From Methanocaldococcus sp. 28A (GTDB lineage Archaea > AGJL01 > Methanococci > Methanococcales > Methanocaldococcaceae), in the NCBI GenBank assembly GCA_049852185.1, contig CP187540.1: 64,000 nt of DNA; one strand, written 5' to 3'. The notes under the pieces were generated by a model. That model made no database searches. It worked only from the letters and a program-made list of their open reading frames with translations, and was not told the DNA's origin. Below are positions 1-14,341 of the stretch, in pieces. Both the position numbers and the translations under genes were made by a program. The number at the start of each line of letters is the position of its first letter. Within the stretch, counting starts at the first letter, position 1.

Positions 1-536
1 TTAAGGTTAATGGAAGATGTCTTATAGATTATGTCATTTTCCCTTTATTAAAATCAAAGGTAAAAAATATATTCATTGCTGTATCTCCCAATACTCCAAA
101 AACAGAAGAATATGTAATATCAACTTATAAAGGTTATAAAAATATTTCAGTTATAGATACTTCTGGTAATGGGTATATAGAAGATTTAAATGAATGCATT
201 GAATATTTCTCAGAGCCTTTTTTAGTCGTTAGCTCTGATTTGATTAACTTAACATCGAAAATTATTAATAGTATAGTTGATTATTTTTACTGTATTAAAT
301 CTAAAAATCCAGATGTTGAATCCTTAACAGTTATGATAAATAAAGAAAAGTATCCAAATCCATCAATATCATTTAATAACTTAGTTCCTGTGGGGATAAA
401 TGTTTTATCCCCAAAGCATGGATATCAAAAAGAAGAAATTATGGTTATTGATAGCTTGGTATTTAATGTTAATACTAAAGAGGATTTAAAACTTGCTGAA
501 ATACTTTTGAGGAATAACATAAATTTTGAGGGATAA
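1..536 (+). CDS. cobY: GTP:adenosylcobinamide-phosphate guanylyltransferase (CobY-like NTP transferase), 5'-truncated by window edge
   Basis: Frame open from base 3 (KVNGRCLIDYVIFPLLKSKVKNIFIAVSPNTPKT) to TAA at 534-536; SSD and FNVNT..DL motifs of MobA/CobY-type NTP transferases. Confidence 0.8.
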   Translation, partial: KVNGRCLIDYVIFPLLKSKVKNIFIAVSPNTPKTEEYVISTYKGYKNISVIDTSGNGYIEDLNECIEYFSEPFLVVSSDLINLTSKIINSIVDYFYCIKSKNPDVESLTVMINKEKYPNPSISFNNLVPVGINVLSPKHGYQKEEIMVIDSLVFNVNTKEDLKLAEILLRNNINFEG

Positions 537-537
537 A

Positions 538-804
538 ATGGAAAAAATTCCAGCTAAGTTGTTATTTGAAAGAAATGTAATAGGAAATATGGGTAGTGTA
601 ATTGGTAAAGTTAAGAATATTATTTTTGATGAAAAGATTGGAAAATTAGTTTCTTTAGAGATTGAACCAGTTGAACATAGTCCAGTATATATTGAAGAGG
701 GAAAAAATGTTTTAATTCCTTATAAAATTGTAGTTGCTGTTAAAGATGTTGTCTTAATAGATGAAAAATGTTTAAATAAGGTAAATATAAAACCTTCAAC
801 TTAA
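538..804 (+). CDS. PRC-barrel domain protein
   Basis: VIG..G..IGKVKNIIFDEK.GKLVSLEI and IPY..VVAVKDVVLI PRC-barrel signature; ATG 538 after GAGGGA. Confidence 0.8.
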   Translation: MEKIPAKLLFERNVIGNMGSVIGKVKNIIFDEKIGKLVSLEIEPVEHSPVYIEEGKNVLIPYKIVVAVKDVVLIDEKCLNKVNIKPST

Positions 805-856
805 TTTTATAATTTTAATTTTAAATATAAATAAAAACTATTTTTTGGTGTAGGAA

Positions 857-1744
857 ATGGAATTTACAAAGATGCATGCGCTTGGAAATGATTACATAGT
901 TATTAACGAATTTGATAGGGAGAAAGTTAAAGAGAAAGATAAAGCAGAATTTTCAAGAAAAATTTGTAGAAGAGGTTTTTCAGTAGGGGCTGATGGGGTT
1001 ATATTTATCCAAAAACCTACATCTGATGAATATGATGTGAGATTTAGAATCTTCAACAGTGATGGTTCTGAGGCAGAGATGTGCGGTAATGGTATAAGAT
1101 GCTTCTCAAAATATGTTTATGAGAGAATAATGAAAAAAAATCCTTTAAAAGTAGAGACAAAAGGAGGTTTAAGAATTTCTGAAATGGAAATAGAAGGAGA
1201 TGAAGTAAAGAAGATTAAAGTTTATATGGGAGTTCCAAAGTTTAAATTAAAAGATATACCAATGGTTATTGAGTGTTATAAGGAAGATGATGAATTTTTA
1301 AATGGAGAGTTAAAATTAAAAAATACATATTTACCTAAAGTTAAGTTAAGTGTTGTTAATGTAGGAAATCCACATGCGGTTATATTTGTTGAAGATAACG
1401 GCATTGATTTAGATTTTGTTAGAAAACATTTAAATGTTATTGGAAAAGAAATAGAACATCATGAAGCATTTCCAGAAAGAATTAATGTGCATTTTGTAAA
1501 GGTTTTAAATCATAATGAAATTAGAATTGTTACTTGGGAAAGAGGGGCCGGATACACAACCGCATGCGGAACAGGAACAACAGCTTCAGTTATTATAGCT
1601 CACAAACTTGGTAAAACAGGGAATAGGGTTTTAGCTCACTTAGATGGTGGAGATTTAGAGATTGAGATTAAGGATGATGGCGTCTATATGATTGGAGATG
1701 CAGTAATGGTTTATGACGCTAAATTATTAAATATTGGATGGTAA
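857..1744 (+). CDS. dapF: Diaminopimelate epimerase
   Basis: FTKMHALGNDY, EMCGNGIRC, GNPH, ERGAGYTTACGTG motifs. Confidence 0.97.
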   Translation: MEFTKMHALGNDYIVINEFDREKVKEKDKAEFSRKICRRGFSVGADGVIFIQKPTSDEYDVRFRIFNSDGSEAEMCGNGIRCFSKYVYERIMKKNPLKVETKGGLRISEMEIEGDEVKKIKVYMGVPKFKLKDIPMVIECYKEDDEFLNGELKLKNTYLPKVKLSVVNVGNPHAVIFVEDNGIDLDFVRKHLNVIGKEIEHHEAFPERINVHFVKVLNHNEIRIVTWERGAGYTTACGTGTTASVIIAHKLGKTGNRVLAHLDGGDLEIEIKDDGVYMIGDAVMVYDAKLLNIGW

Positions 1745-1747
1745 ATT

Positions 1748-2602
1748 ATGAAAGATATAAAAATTAACTTAAGTATTGAATACAACGGAAAATTAATTAC
1801 TCCAAATCAAATAAAACTTTTAATGGCTTTACATAAAACAAAATCCCAAAATGAGGCATCTAAGTTATTAAATATATCCCCTTCTTCATTTAATATTCAA
1901 TTAAAGAGATTAGAAAATAAGTTGAGAGTGAAACTATACTATTCCTCTCCAAATGGGACTATTTTAACAGATGCAGGATTGGAAATTTTAGAAACCTACA
2001 ACATACATAGTAAAAGGCTAAAACCTCACTTTTTTACAGTTTCTGGATTTGTGAGTGGAGAGATTGCCAAAATATTATTTGAAAATCCACTAATAACATC
2101 TTTTGATAATGCTTTAAGATTATTAAAAATGGGTTTTGTTGATATTTTGGGAGTTGATGACAGTTATTGGATTTATAGGGTAGGTGATGAGAGGTTTTTA
2201 AAGTCAGAAATTGGTAGCACTGATTTTAATATATTTTTAATAGCCTATGACAACTTTGTAATGGTTAGTAAAAAAGAGTTTGATTACAAAAATTTAGTGG
2301 GAATTAGATTTAGCTCTCAAAGAATAGTTTATAATATTTTAAAGAAGGAAGGGATAAAATTTAAGGTAAAAATTAAAACAAAAAATCCATTTAGAGCTAT
2401 AGAGTTAGTTGAAGAGGGCTATAGCTTATTTTTAAATGAGAGCTTGTTAAGATATGTAAATGATTTTAATGTAATTTATCCTAAATTTTATGAAAAGACA
2501 GTTCATGCAATAAACTTTATAAGTTTTGGTAAAGACGTTAAGATAGATAAAAAAGAACTTAAAAAAATAAAAAAATTGGGGTTTAAGTATGAATGCTTTT
2601 GA
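1748..2602 (+). CDS. LysR/ModE-type HTH transcriptional regulator
   Basis: N-terminal HTH SQNEASKLLNISPSSFNIQLKRLENKL...GTILTDAG. Confidence 0.75.
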   Translation: MKDIKINLSIEYNGKLITPNQIKLLMALHKTKSQNEASKLLNISPSSFNIQLKRLENKLRVKLYYSSPNGTILTDAGLEILETYNIHSKRLKPHFFTVSGFVSGEIAKILFENPLITSFDNALRLLKMGFVDILGVDDSYWIYRVGDERFLKSEIGSTDFNIFLIAYDNFVMVSKKEFDYKNLVGIRFSSQRIVYNILKKEGIKFKVKIKTKNPFRAIELVEEGYSLFLNESLLRYVNDFNVIYPKFYEKTVHAINFISFGKDVKIDKKELKKIKKLGFKYECF

Positions 2603-3248
2603 CAAATACGCTGAAGAATATGATAGATGGTTTGATGAAAACTTTATTATTTACAAATCAGAGATTGAGGCATTAAAAAGGCATATTCCAAAAGGAAAAG
2701 GATTAGAAATTGGTGTAGGAACTGGAAGATTTGCCAAACCTTTTAATATAAAAATTGGTGTTGATGTATCAAAAGAAATGGCAAAAATAGCTGAAAAGAG
2801 AGGAATAAAAGTTGTAATAGCAAAGGGTGAAGATTTACCTTTTAAAGATGAAGAGTTTGATTTTGTTTTAATAAATACTGTTTTGGAATTTTCAGAAAAT
2901 CCAAAAAAGATGATAGAAGAAGCAAAGAGAGTTTTAAAGAAGGGGGGGAGGATAATTATTGGAATTATAGATAAGAATAGCTTTTTAGGAAAGATATATG
3001 AAGAAAAAAAGGAAAAGAGTTTATTTTATAGGGATGCTAATTTTTTATCTGCAAAAGATGTTATAGAAATGCTAAATGAGTTAGGATTTAAAAATATAAA
3101 ATCTACTCAGACAATTTTTAAAGAAATTGATAAAGTTGATAAGGTTGAATTTAAAGAAGGTTATGGAGAAGGAGGATTTGTAGCCATCTCTGCTGAAAAA
3201 GTTTATAATTGTATGAGTTTGGACAAAAAGCGTATAAATAATAAATAA
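2589..3248 (+). CDS. Class I SAM-dependent methyltransferase
   Basis: LEIGVGTGRF motif I, GVDVS, EDLPF..EEFD. Confidence 0.9.
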   Translation: MNAFDKYAEEYDRWFDENFIIYKSEIEALKRHIPKGKGLEIGVGTGRFAKPFNIKIGVDVSKEMAKIAEKRGIKVVIAKGEDLPFKDEEFDFVLINTVLEFSENPKKMIEEAKRVLKKGGRIIIGIIDKNSFLGKIYEEKKEKSLFYRDANFLSAKDVIEMLNELGFKNIKSTQTIFKEIDKVDKVEFKEGYGEGGFVAISAEKVYNCMSLDKKRINNK

Positions 3249-3385
3249 CAAAAATAACGAGGATGTGAATGGATATAAAACGATATTTTATGTATTTTAG
3301 CAGATAAAGTATATGCATCAAGGTTAAACGCTCAATTAATAGCCAATAAAATAGAAAACCGTTTATAAACGTAATGCAATACAAT
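3245..3385 (+). pseudogene. Short decayed DDE (IS5/IS4-like) transposase fragment
   Basis: Manual translation ILADKVYASRLNAQLIANK then, after a frameshift, KPFI; resembles the LADKAY catalytic-Asp region; abuts repeat terminus TAGGACTTTCGCA at 3386. Confidence 0.45.
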
Positions 3386-3626
3386 TAGGACTTTCGCAAC
3401 TATGTTTAGGTATTCTGATATATTATTTACAATAATCTATTTCCAGATATTATAATAGGATTTTCGGTATTTCCAATTTCTTCAATTCTTTATCCCTATC
3501 TTTTTTTGTTATATCTCTTTTATCATTATATTTGTATACTTATACCTTTGATTGAGAACAATGGTATAAAAACCCAATTCAAATAAAATAATTTAAATTT
3601 TAAAAGTTAAAAAATAAAATATAGGT

Positions 3627-3893
3627 GGGTATGGGGGCTATAGCCCGCCTTCTGTAATTTCGGTGACATTCGGCTAAGCGCCGATACCGGCTTGCACCCC
3701 GGGTAGGGAAGATGCCCGTTTCACCGGTTCTCCGGAAGTCCTCAACTTTTACTATCATCGTCATCTCTTCCGGAGCCGTGTCGTTTCTGTTGCATCTTCC
3801 GCCCCTTCTCAGGGGACACTACCCATAAATGGGGTGGGCGGAACTTCCTCCCCTCTTATCTTAAAGAGGGGAAAGTCACCAGCCCCCTTACCC
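3627..3893 (-). ncRNA. rnpB: RNase P RNA, archaeal type M
   Basis: Minus strand has GAGGAAGUUCCGCCC and ACAGAAGGCGGGCUAU conserved regions; terminal P1 helix GGGUAAGGGGGC/GCCCCCAUACCC. Confidence 0.95.
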
Positions 3894-3953
3894 GCGTAAC
3901 TTTCTTAACTTAAAATTTAAATATATAAATATTATCTTCTAAAATAATAAAAA

Positions 3954-4072
3954 TGGCCGGCGGCGTCGCCCCTTTCCCGCCAGATGGCAGTACTCGGGGC
4001 ATCGCTGGGGGGCTTAACTTCCGAGTTCGGGATGGGTTCGGGTGTGGCCCCCCCGCTATGACCGCCGTACCA
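3954..4072 (-). rRNA. rrf: 5S rRNA
   Basis: UGGUACGGCGGUCAUAGCG...CCCAUCCCGAACUCGGAAGUUAAGC...GCCGCCGGCCA. Confidence 0.97.
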
Positions 4073-4094
4073 AGAAATAAATAGTGCCTTTTTA

Positions 4095-4135
4095 GGCCAT
4101 GCATAGGCTTCCACATCCGCTTAGTGTCTGGATAC
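4095..4135 (-). other. 3' arm of the 23S pre-rRNA processing stem (bulge-helix-bulge)
   Basis: Near-perfect inverted repeat with 7140-7180; GGUG/CACU 4-bp helix flanked by 3-nt bulges AAA and AAG. Confidence 0.85.
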
Positions 4136-7139
<3,004 letters not shown>

Positions 7140-7238
7140 GTATCCAGATTTCACCGGGATGTGGAAGCCTATGCATGGCCCTCATGTTTTTCAGGCCCTT
7201 CACCTGCAACTCTTTAGAGTCGCAGGCTGCATATATAG

Positions 7239-7311
7239 TGGACCCGGTGGGATTTGAACCCACGGCCTCCGGCTTGCAAGGCCGGCGCTCTCCCAGCTGA
7301 GCTACGGGCCC
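7239..7311 (-). tRNA. tRNA-Ala (UGC), CCA not encoded
   Basis: GGGCCCGUAGCUCAGCUGGGAGAGCGCCGGCCUUGCAAGCCGGAGGCCGUGGGUUCAAAUCCCACCGGGUCCA cloverleaf in the 16S-23S spacer. Confidence 0.97.
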
Positions 7312-7375
7312 ACTTTCCCTATGAGGCAAGCCCACGACTGGTTTGGTGCCCCGCAGCAACCAGCACTTTTTTCTC

Positions 7376-8857
<1,482 letters not shown>

Positions 8858-8900
8858 TAAGTAGGAGCACGGTCGCAAGAAAGGATAAACCTTTCTTGCG

Positions 8901-8944
8901 GCTGGTTGCTGCGGGGTTTCACCACCAGTCGTGGGCTTGCCTCA
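8901..8944 (-). other. 5' arm of the 16S pre-rRNA processing stem
   Basis: Inverted repeat with 7322-7364 (TGAGGCAAGCCCACGACTGGT...CCCCGCAGCAACCAGC). Confidence 0.8.
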
Positions 8945-9167
8945 GCCCCAACCCCTTCGGATTGGGGACGCATCCTTCGAGTGCATCCTATAGTGAGAAG
9001 TTGTTATATGTAATGTTTTTAGGTATTGAATTAATAATATTATGCCCAATAAAAAATATAGTTCATACGATAAATTAATTAATGATAGGGGATATCATAA
9101 AATAAACAGAAAATTTAATATTTTATAATATCAAATAGTTATTAAAAAAATAGGGGATGATAGAACA

Positions 9168-9930
9168 ATGAACGACATAAGATTGTCGGCTATAAAATCA
9201 TTTAATGAATTTAACGAATTCATAAACAAAGTTTTGCGAATTAATCTAAGGATTTATCGAGTTGAAGATTATACAAGAGGATTTATAAAGGCAATGTCGA
9301 ATAATACATATTTAGAGACCATTAGCAAGCTAAATTATCCATCGGCAGACTCTTACTATCGATATATAAATAAGGCAGGTAATTCTATGTTTAAAGAAAT
9401 TTATAAATCTTTTGTTAAAAATATATTTAATAATTTAAAAAAACAATAGAAATTTTTGCCTATCGATAGATACGCATTATTATGGTAATAATTTAGATTT
9501 AGAATTAATTTATGAATATAGAAAAGAGAGGAGCAGTACTGGTTCATATAAATATATAGCTGCTACTTTACATACTGAAGATTTTTCGTTAATAATCTAT
9601 TGTAATTATTCTTGTTAGATGCGTTATTCATAACTTTTGGATTAAAATAAAAGAAGTGTTTCTTTAAAATTCTTCATCGTCGAAATATGTAAGTTATTAG
9701 ATGAATTCGATTATTCAATCATGGTTATGCGTAATACTCGGTTGTATATGTCTAATGCATATTCGTAGATACTGTAGAACATTTAAACAATAAACATATC
9801 TTTCTATAAAGTAATTAAAGGAGGGTAGTAAAGAACTAATAAAGAATGGACTATCATAATCACACCGTCAGTAAATAAAGATAACATTTTTAATATATTC
9901 AATAAAAAATTTGTTACTGCGAAAGTCCTA
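9168..9930 (+). mobile_element. Decayed ISH3-like DDE transposase remnant ending in a terminal repeat
   Basis: 93-aa ORF with PSAD motif, then frameshifted PID and YYG...YRKERSSTGSYKYIAA segments; ends in CTGCGAAAGTCCTA (9917-9930). Confidence 0.6.
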
Positions 9931-9953
9931 TCTTTAAAAAATCTTTAAAAAAG

Positions 9954-10022
9954 ATTTGGCTCAGCTGCGGGAGTAGTCATCATCTAAATAATCAGATAGC
10001 GAAATTGTCATCATCGCCAAAT
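9954..10022 (-). ncRNA. Box C/D methylation guide sRNA
   Basis: Terminal stem AUUUGGC/GCCAAAU; C AUGAUGA, guide CAAUUUCGCUAU, D' CUGA, C' AUGAUGA, guide CUACUCCCGCAG, D CUGA. Confidence 0.93.
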
Positions 10023-10025
10023 TTT

Positions 10026-10976
10026 TTATAAATCTCCTATCATACCTTTAACAATTATTTCAGTTGCTTCATCCTCATCTAATCCTTTGGCCATCAATGT
10101 TTCCAATTGCTTTTTATCGACACTTCCAATAGCAGCTTCATGAGTTATCCTTGCTCTCTCATCCCTTACTACAACTATTGGACTTGATTCAACTTCTGCA
10201 TTTCCTTTAATAATCTCAGCACAGTCAATATGCCCTTTACTATAAGGGGCATTACCTTCAATTTTTAAGTTTAAAGTTATTTTGGAATTGTCCATTGCCG
10301 CTCCTCTACTTTTTAAGATACACTTGGCATTTTCTCCATCCAACTTAACAACTTCATTAATCTTAACAACATCATCTTTTATTGCATAAGTTCTTGTCAT
10401 TACATCAACTATTGCATCTTTTTTAGCAACAATCTCCTGATTAACATCTAAAACTCCTATCCTACCTTTTGTTAATGTGAAGTTTGAAATATAAACACCT
10501 CCCTCTCCAATTTCTACCTTTACCGTTGGTTTAACTAATATATCCCCTTCCATACCATGGTAATGGAATTCATTATAAGAAAATTTGGCATTCTTTCCTA
10601 TCTTTATAACACCATTCATTATATGCTTAATTCCCTTACCTTTTGGGAATGAGCAATGAGACATTAATGAGATAGCGCTATCATCTTCTAAAATAATTTC
10701 GACATCTATAATTTGAGAGATGTTTTCTTCTGTAATTCCAAAGCACATATGGATTGGTTGTTTAAATTTATAGCCCTTTTTAACAATGATTTTTGCTTTT
10801 ATCTTTCCATCTTCTTCTTTTCCTTCTAATATTATTCCCTCAACATCTTTCACATCAATAATTTTACTTTCTTTAACAATCATTCTCGGTCCTTTACCAT
10901 GAACAATTTCTTCAGGCTTTTCGGAAGTATATTTTATTGCCTCAATAATTTCCATTAATTCTTCTTTGATACTCAT
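10026..10976 (-). CDS. SufBD-family (SmsB-type) Fe-S cluster assembly protein
   Basis: IHMCFG, GHIDCAEII, ITHEAAIGSVDKKQLETLMAKGL. Confidence 0.9.
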   Translation of the reverse strand: MSIKEELMEIIEAIKYTSEKPEEIVHGKGPRMIVKESKIIDVKDVEGIILEGKEEDGKIKAKIIVKKGYKFKQPIHMCFGITEENISQIIDVEIILEDDSAISLMSHCSFPKGKGIKHIMNGVIKIGKNAKFSYNEFHYHGMEGDILVKPTVKVEIGEGGVYISNFTLTKGRIGVLDVNQEIVAKKDAIVDVMTRTYAIKDDVVKINEVVKLDGENAKCILKSRGAAMDNSKITLNLKIEGNAPYSKGHIDCAEIIKGNAEVESSPIVVVRDERARITHEAAIGSVDKKQLETLMAKGLDEDEATEIIVKGMIGDL

Positions 10977-11003
10977 AAGAATCCCTCATTATATTTTAAA
11001 ATT

Positions 11004-11735
11004 TTATTGAAATGGTTTATAACATTTTCCACATCTTTTTTTGTAGAATTCTCCAACTTCTTTTGGATTTCCAGTTTTTATAACTTCTCCAGCACAAATT
11101 AAGGAAGCTCTGTCAGCATGTTCAGCTAACTCTTCTCTATGTGTGACAACTAATAAAGAGCAACCTTTTTCTTTTAAATAATCAAAAACTCTTTTAATTT
11201 CATCAAATGATACAATGTCTATCCCACTATCTGGTTCATCCAATATTGCTAAATCTGGCTCTATACATATTATTGAGGCCAACTCTATCCTTTTCCTTTC
11301 TCCTCCACTCAAAGTTTCATCTACATATCTATCTAAATACTTATCTGGGTTTAAATTAACTAATTTCAAGGCTTCTCTAATTTTTTCTTCAGCTTTTTCT
11401 TTATCTTTTTTATATTTTTCATTCATTCCGAGCATTAAATAAGTCCTAACTTTAATTCCTTCAAATCTTGCTGGTTCTTGCCAAGCTAATGTTATTCCCA
11501 TTCTCGCTCTTTCAGTAATGTTTTTATCGGTTATATCTACACCTTTAAATATAATTTTTCCTTTAGTTGGCTTATATCCAGAAACTCCCATTATTGTATA
11601 AGCTAAAGTTGATTTTCCTGCTCCATTAGGTCCTATAATCACATGAATCTCATTTTCCTTTATATCTACATTTACTCCTTTTAAAATTTCTCTATTTCCT
11701 CTATAAACATGCAAGTCCTCTACTTTTAATAACAT
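11004..11735 (-). CDS. sufC: SufC-like (SmsC-type) ABC ATPase
   Basis: GPNGAGKST, LSGGERKRIELA, LDEPDSGID, C-terminal CxxC; start placed at the ATG after GGTGAG. Confidence 0.85.
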   Translation of the reverse strand: MLLKVEDLHVYRGNREILKGVNVDIKENEIHVIIGPNGAGKSTLAYTIMGVSGYKPTKGKIIFKGVDITDKNITERARMGITLAWQEPARFEGIKVRTYLMLGMNEKYKKDKEKAEEKIREALKLVNLNPDKYLDRYVDETLSGGERKRIELASIICIEPDLAILDEPDSGIDIVSFDEIKRVFDYLKEKGCSLLVVTHREELAEHADRASLICAGEVIKTGNPKEVGEFYKKRCGKCYKPFQ

Positions 11736-11941
11736 GATACTCACCAAAAATTATAAATAGGTCTTTTGTGAATGTTCATTAAAAGCGGATATATTTTTAT
11801 TTAATAATTATATACAATAAAAAGATTTCCCTTAAGCTTCATTTATTCAAAATTTGAAAAATATTATAAATAATAAATAATAAAAAAATAATAAAAACCA
11901 AAAGCCAGGTCTCTTTGGACTGGCGACCATCGGGTGATAGA

Positions 11942-12403
11942 ATGGCAAGAATGCATGCAAGAAAAAGAGGTCGCTCCGGTTCAAAGAGACCCGTCAGGAA
12001 AGAAGTTCCTGAATGGGTCCAATACACACCGGAGCAAGTAGAGCAGTTAGTAGTAGAGTTAGCTAAGAAAGGTTATCAGTCAGCACAGATTGGTTTGATA
12101 TTAAGAGATACTTATGGAATCCCAGATGTTAAATTAATAACAGGTAAAAAGATAAGCAAGATAATGAAAGAACACGGGTTATATCCAAAAGTTCCAGAAG
12201 ATTTATTAAACTTAATGAGAAGAGCTGTTAACTTAAGAAAACACTTAGAACAGCATCCAAAAGACTTACATTCAAAGAGAGGTTTACAGTTAATTGAGTC
12301 AAAGATTAGAAGATTGGTTAAATACTACAAATCAAAAGGAGTTTTACCAGCAGATTGGAGATACACACCAGAAACAGCAAGATTGTTGGTCGAGCAGGCA
12401 TAA
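11942..12403 (+). CDS. rps15: 30S ribosomal protein S15 (uS15)
   Basis: [17 protein letters not shown]...[23 protein letters not shown]; RBS GGGTGA. Confidence 0.98.
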
Positions 12404-12458
12404 AGTTTTTCTTTTTTTCTCTTTTATTTTCAAAATTAAAAGTTTGATAAGTGATTTT

Positions 12459-13172
12459 ATGGAGGAAAAAATTAAAATTAAAGATTTTTATATAACAGTT
12501 GATAGATGTTTAATTTATAAGGATTATGGTATAATAGCTGACATGCATATTGGCTTTGATGTCTTTTTTGGCGAAGGAGGAGCTAATTTCCCCTTATTGC
12601 AGAAAGATATGGTTATAAAAAAAGCTTTAAATATAATTGAAAAATATAAAATTAACAATTTAATAATTAATGGGGATGTGAAGCATAATTTTAAGCCCTA
12701 TCCAAGAGAAATTAAGTTTTTAAATGAGTTTATTGATTTTATGAGAGAGTATGTTAATATTATTTTAATTAAGGGAAATCATGACACTTTTATCTCATCT
12801 GTTGGCTGTGAAATTTTTGATTATTTTGAAATTGGAAATTATTTAATTTTTCATGGAGATAAAGAAATAGACAATAAAGAGTTATTAAAAAATAAGTTTT
12901 GGATTTTGGGTCATGAGCATCCATCAATAAAACTTAGGGATGAAGTTGGAGCAATTATGAAATTTCCAGTTTATTTATTAAATAAAAAATATATTGTTTT
13001 ACCAGCATTTAATCCACTATCACCCGGAAGTGATTTAATTAACAATCCTACTTCTTCAAAAGTTATAAAAAAGGATTACTTAGATGCAGAGATTATAGCA
13101 ATAACTGATATAGGTTTATTGAACTTTGGAACACTTAAAGAGTTGAGAGAATTTGCTAAATCTTATTTATAA
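12459..13172 (+). CDS. Calcineurin-like metallophosphoesterase
   Basis: IADMHIG, INGDVKH, KGNHD, FHGD, GHEHP. Confidence 0.9.
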   Translation: MEEKIKIKDFYITVDRCLIYKDYGIIADMHIGFDVFFGEGGANFPLLQKDMVIKKALNIIEKYKINNLIINGDVKHNFKPYPREIKFLNEFIDFMREYVNIILIKGNHDTFISSVGCEIFDYFEIGNYLIFHGDKEIDNKELLKNKFWILGHEHPSIKLRDEVGAIMKFPVYLLNKKYIVLPAFNPLSPGSDLINNPTSSKVIKKDYLDAEIIAITDIGLLNFGTLKELREFAKSYL

Positions 13173-13177
13173 AACTT

Positions 13178-13831
13178 TTATTCTTTTAGGTAGTATGCCA
13201 TTTCATCTTCATTAAGTATAATTCCCTTTTTCCATTTTACAAATAAGTAATATTTATTTTTTTTATCATCTGAAAGCTCTTTTTCAACTCTTTTAGCTAT
13301 AATTCTTACGGGGTTCTTTCCTATCCTCTCCTCAAAGTCCTTAAAGCTTTCAAATTTTTTTGCTTCCCTTTCTTCAATAATTTTCCACATATATTTCTTT
13401 TTGATTTCTGGTAGCAATTCTAAGGTGTGTAATCTTGTAGTTATTGGAGGACATTCATTAAAAAATCTAATAAATCTATCTTCTTGCATTTTAACAGCTT
13501 CCATTATAACATATAGAAGCTCTGACTTAGCTGTTGGAGTTAAATTATCATATTTAATCATTCTTCTAACGTGGTCAATCTTATCCCTCTTCCCTTTTCC
13601 AATATAAACTCTTTCACCCAATTGAATATCAACATTTGGTTTTGGAACCATCTCCATTAATACAAATTGGAATTCTCCTAGTCCTTGAACTATTGGCTCA
13701 TCAGGTTTGTTTGGATAACCGTAAGGTAGATAATCTAAAACCCATGCGTAGTTTTCAAATTTTTGAGGCTTATTTTTTTTAGGAAATCTCGTTCTTTCTT
13801 TATTTTGTTTTTTATATTGCCCTCTAACCAT
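13178..13831 (-). CDS. DUF655 family nucleic-acid-binding protein
   Basis: WVLDYLPYG, ERVYIGKGKRDKI, TTRLHTLELLP; conserved position after rpoF. Confidence 0.85.
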   Translation of the reverse strand: MVRGQYKKQNKERTRFPKKNKPQKFENYAWVLDYLPYGYPNKPDEPIVQGLGEFQFVLMEMVPKPNVDIQLGERVYIGKGKRDKIDHVRRMIKYDNLTPTAKSELLYVIMEAVKMQEDRFIRFFNECPPITTRLHTLELLPEIKKKYMWKIIEEREAKKFESFKDFEERIGKNPVRIIAKRVEKELSDDKKNKYYLFVKWKKGIILNEDEMAYYLKE

Positions 13832-13881
13832 AAAATTTCACCTTTTATTTAAATCTACAAATTTAAAGAAGTAATAAAAAA

Positions 13882-14205
13882 TTAGATGTATTTCCTAACC
13901 GTTTCTAAAATTTCCTCAGCGTTTTTAGGCAAATCTCTTTTGTAGTATATTGCTCTCAAATCATCCAAATCTTCGGGTAGAATATCAGCTATTTTAACTG
14001 CGGTTTTTTCATCTACTCCTAAAGATATCAACTCCTCGACCAATTTTTTTGCCTCTTCTTTATCTAACTTGGCAAATTTTTGTAAATAATCTAAGGCACA
14101 TCCCTGTTCATAGGATAACTCTCCAATCTGAGCTCTCTCTTCCATGATTTCAGCAGCCTCAGATATTGTCACATATTTCTCTCTAAGAATTTTTTTGCCT
14201 ATCAT
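13882..14205 (-). CDS. rpoF: RNA polymerase subunit F (Rpo4)
   Basis: ELSYEQGCALDYLQKF, AVKIADILPED. Confidence 0.95.
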   Translation of the reverse strand: MIGKKILREKYVTISEAAEIMEERAQIGELSYEQGCALDYLQKFAKLDKEEAKKLVEELISLGVDEKTAVKIADILPEDLDDLRAIYYKRDLPKNAEEILETVRKYI

Positions 14206-14341
14206 TCTCTCCCCCTTAATTCAATACAATAAAAATAACATTATTATATTATGACATTATTATAAGGACGAGTATTTAGAATTAAAGAAAAATAATTAAA
14301 GTGTTTTAAAAAATTTAGAGAAATTTAAAAATTTTAAAAAT

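Noticed and set aside
3151-3384. 77-aa minus-strand ORF
   Set aside because: Antisense to the methyltransferase end and transposase debris
3440-3600. Possible further transposase fragment on the minus strand
   Set aside because: Only weak residue resemblance with many stops; cannot be supported without a search
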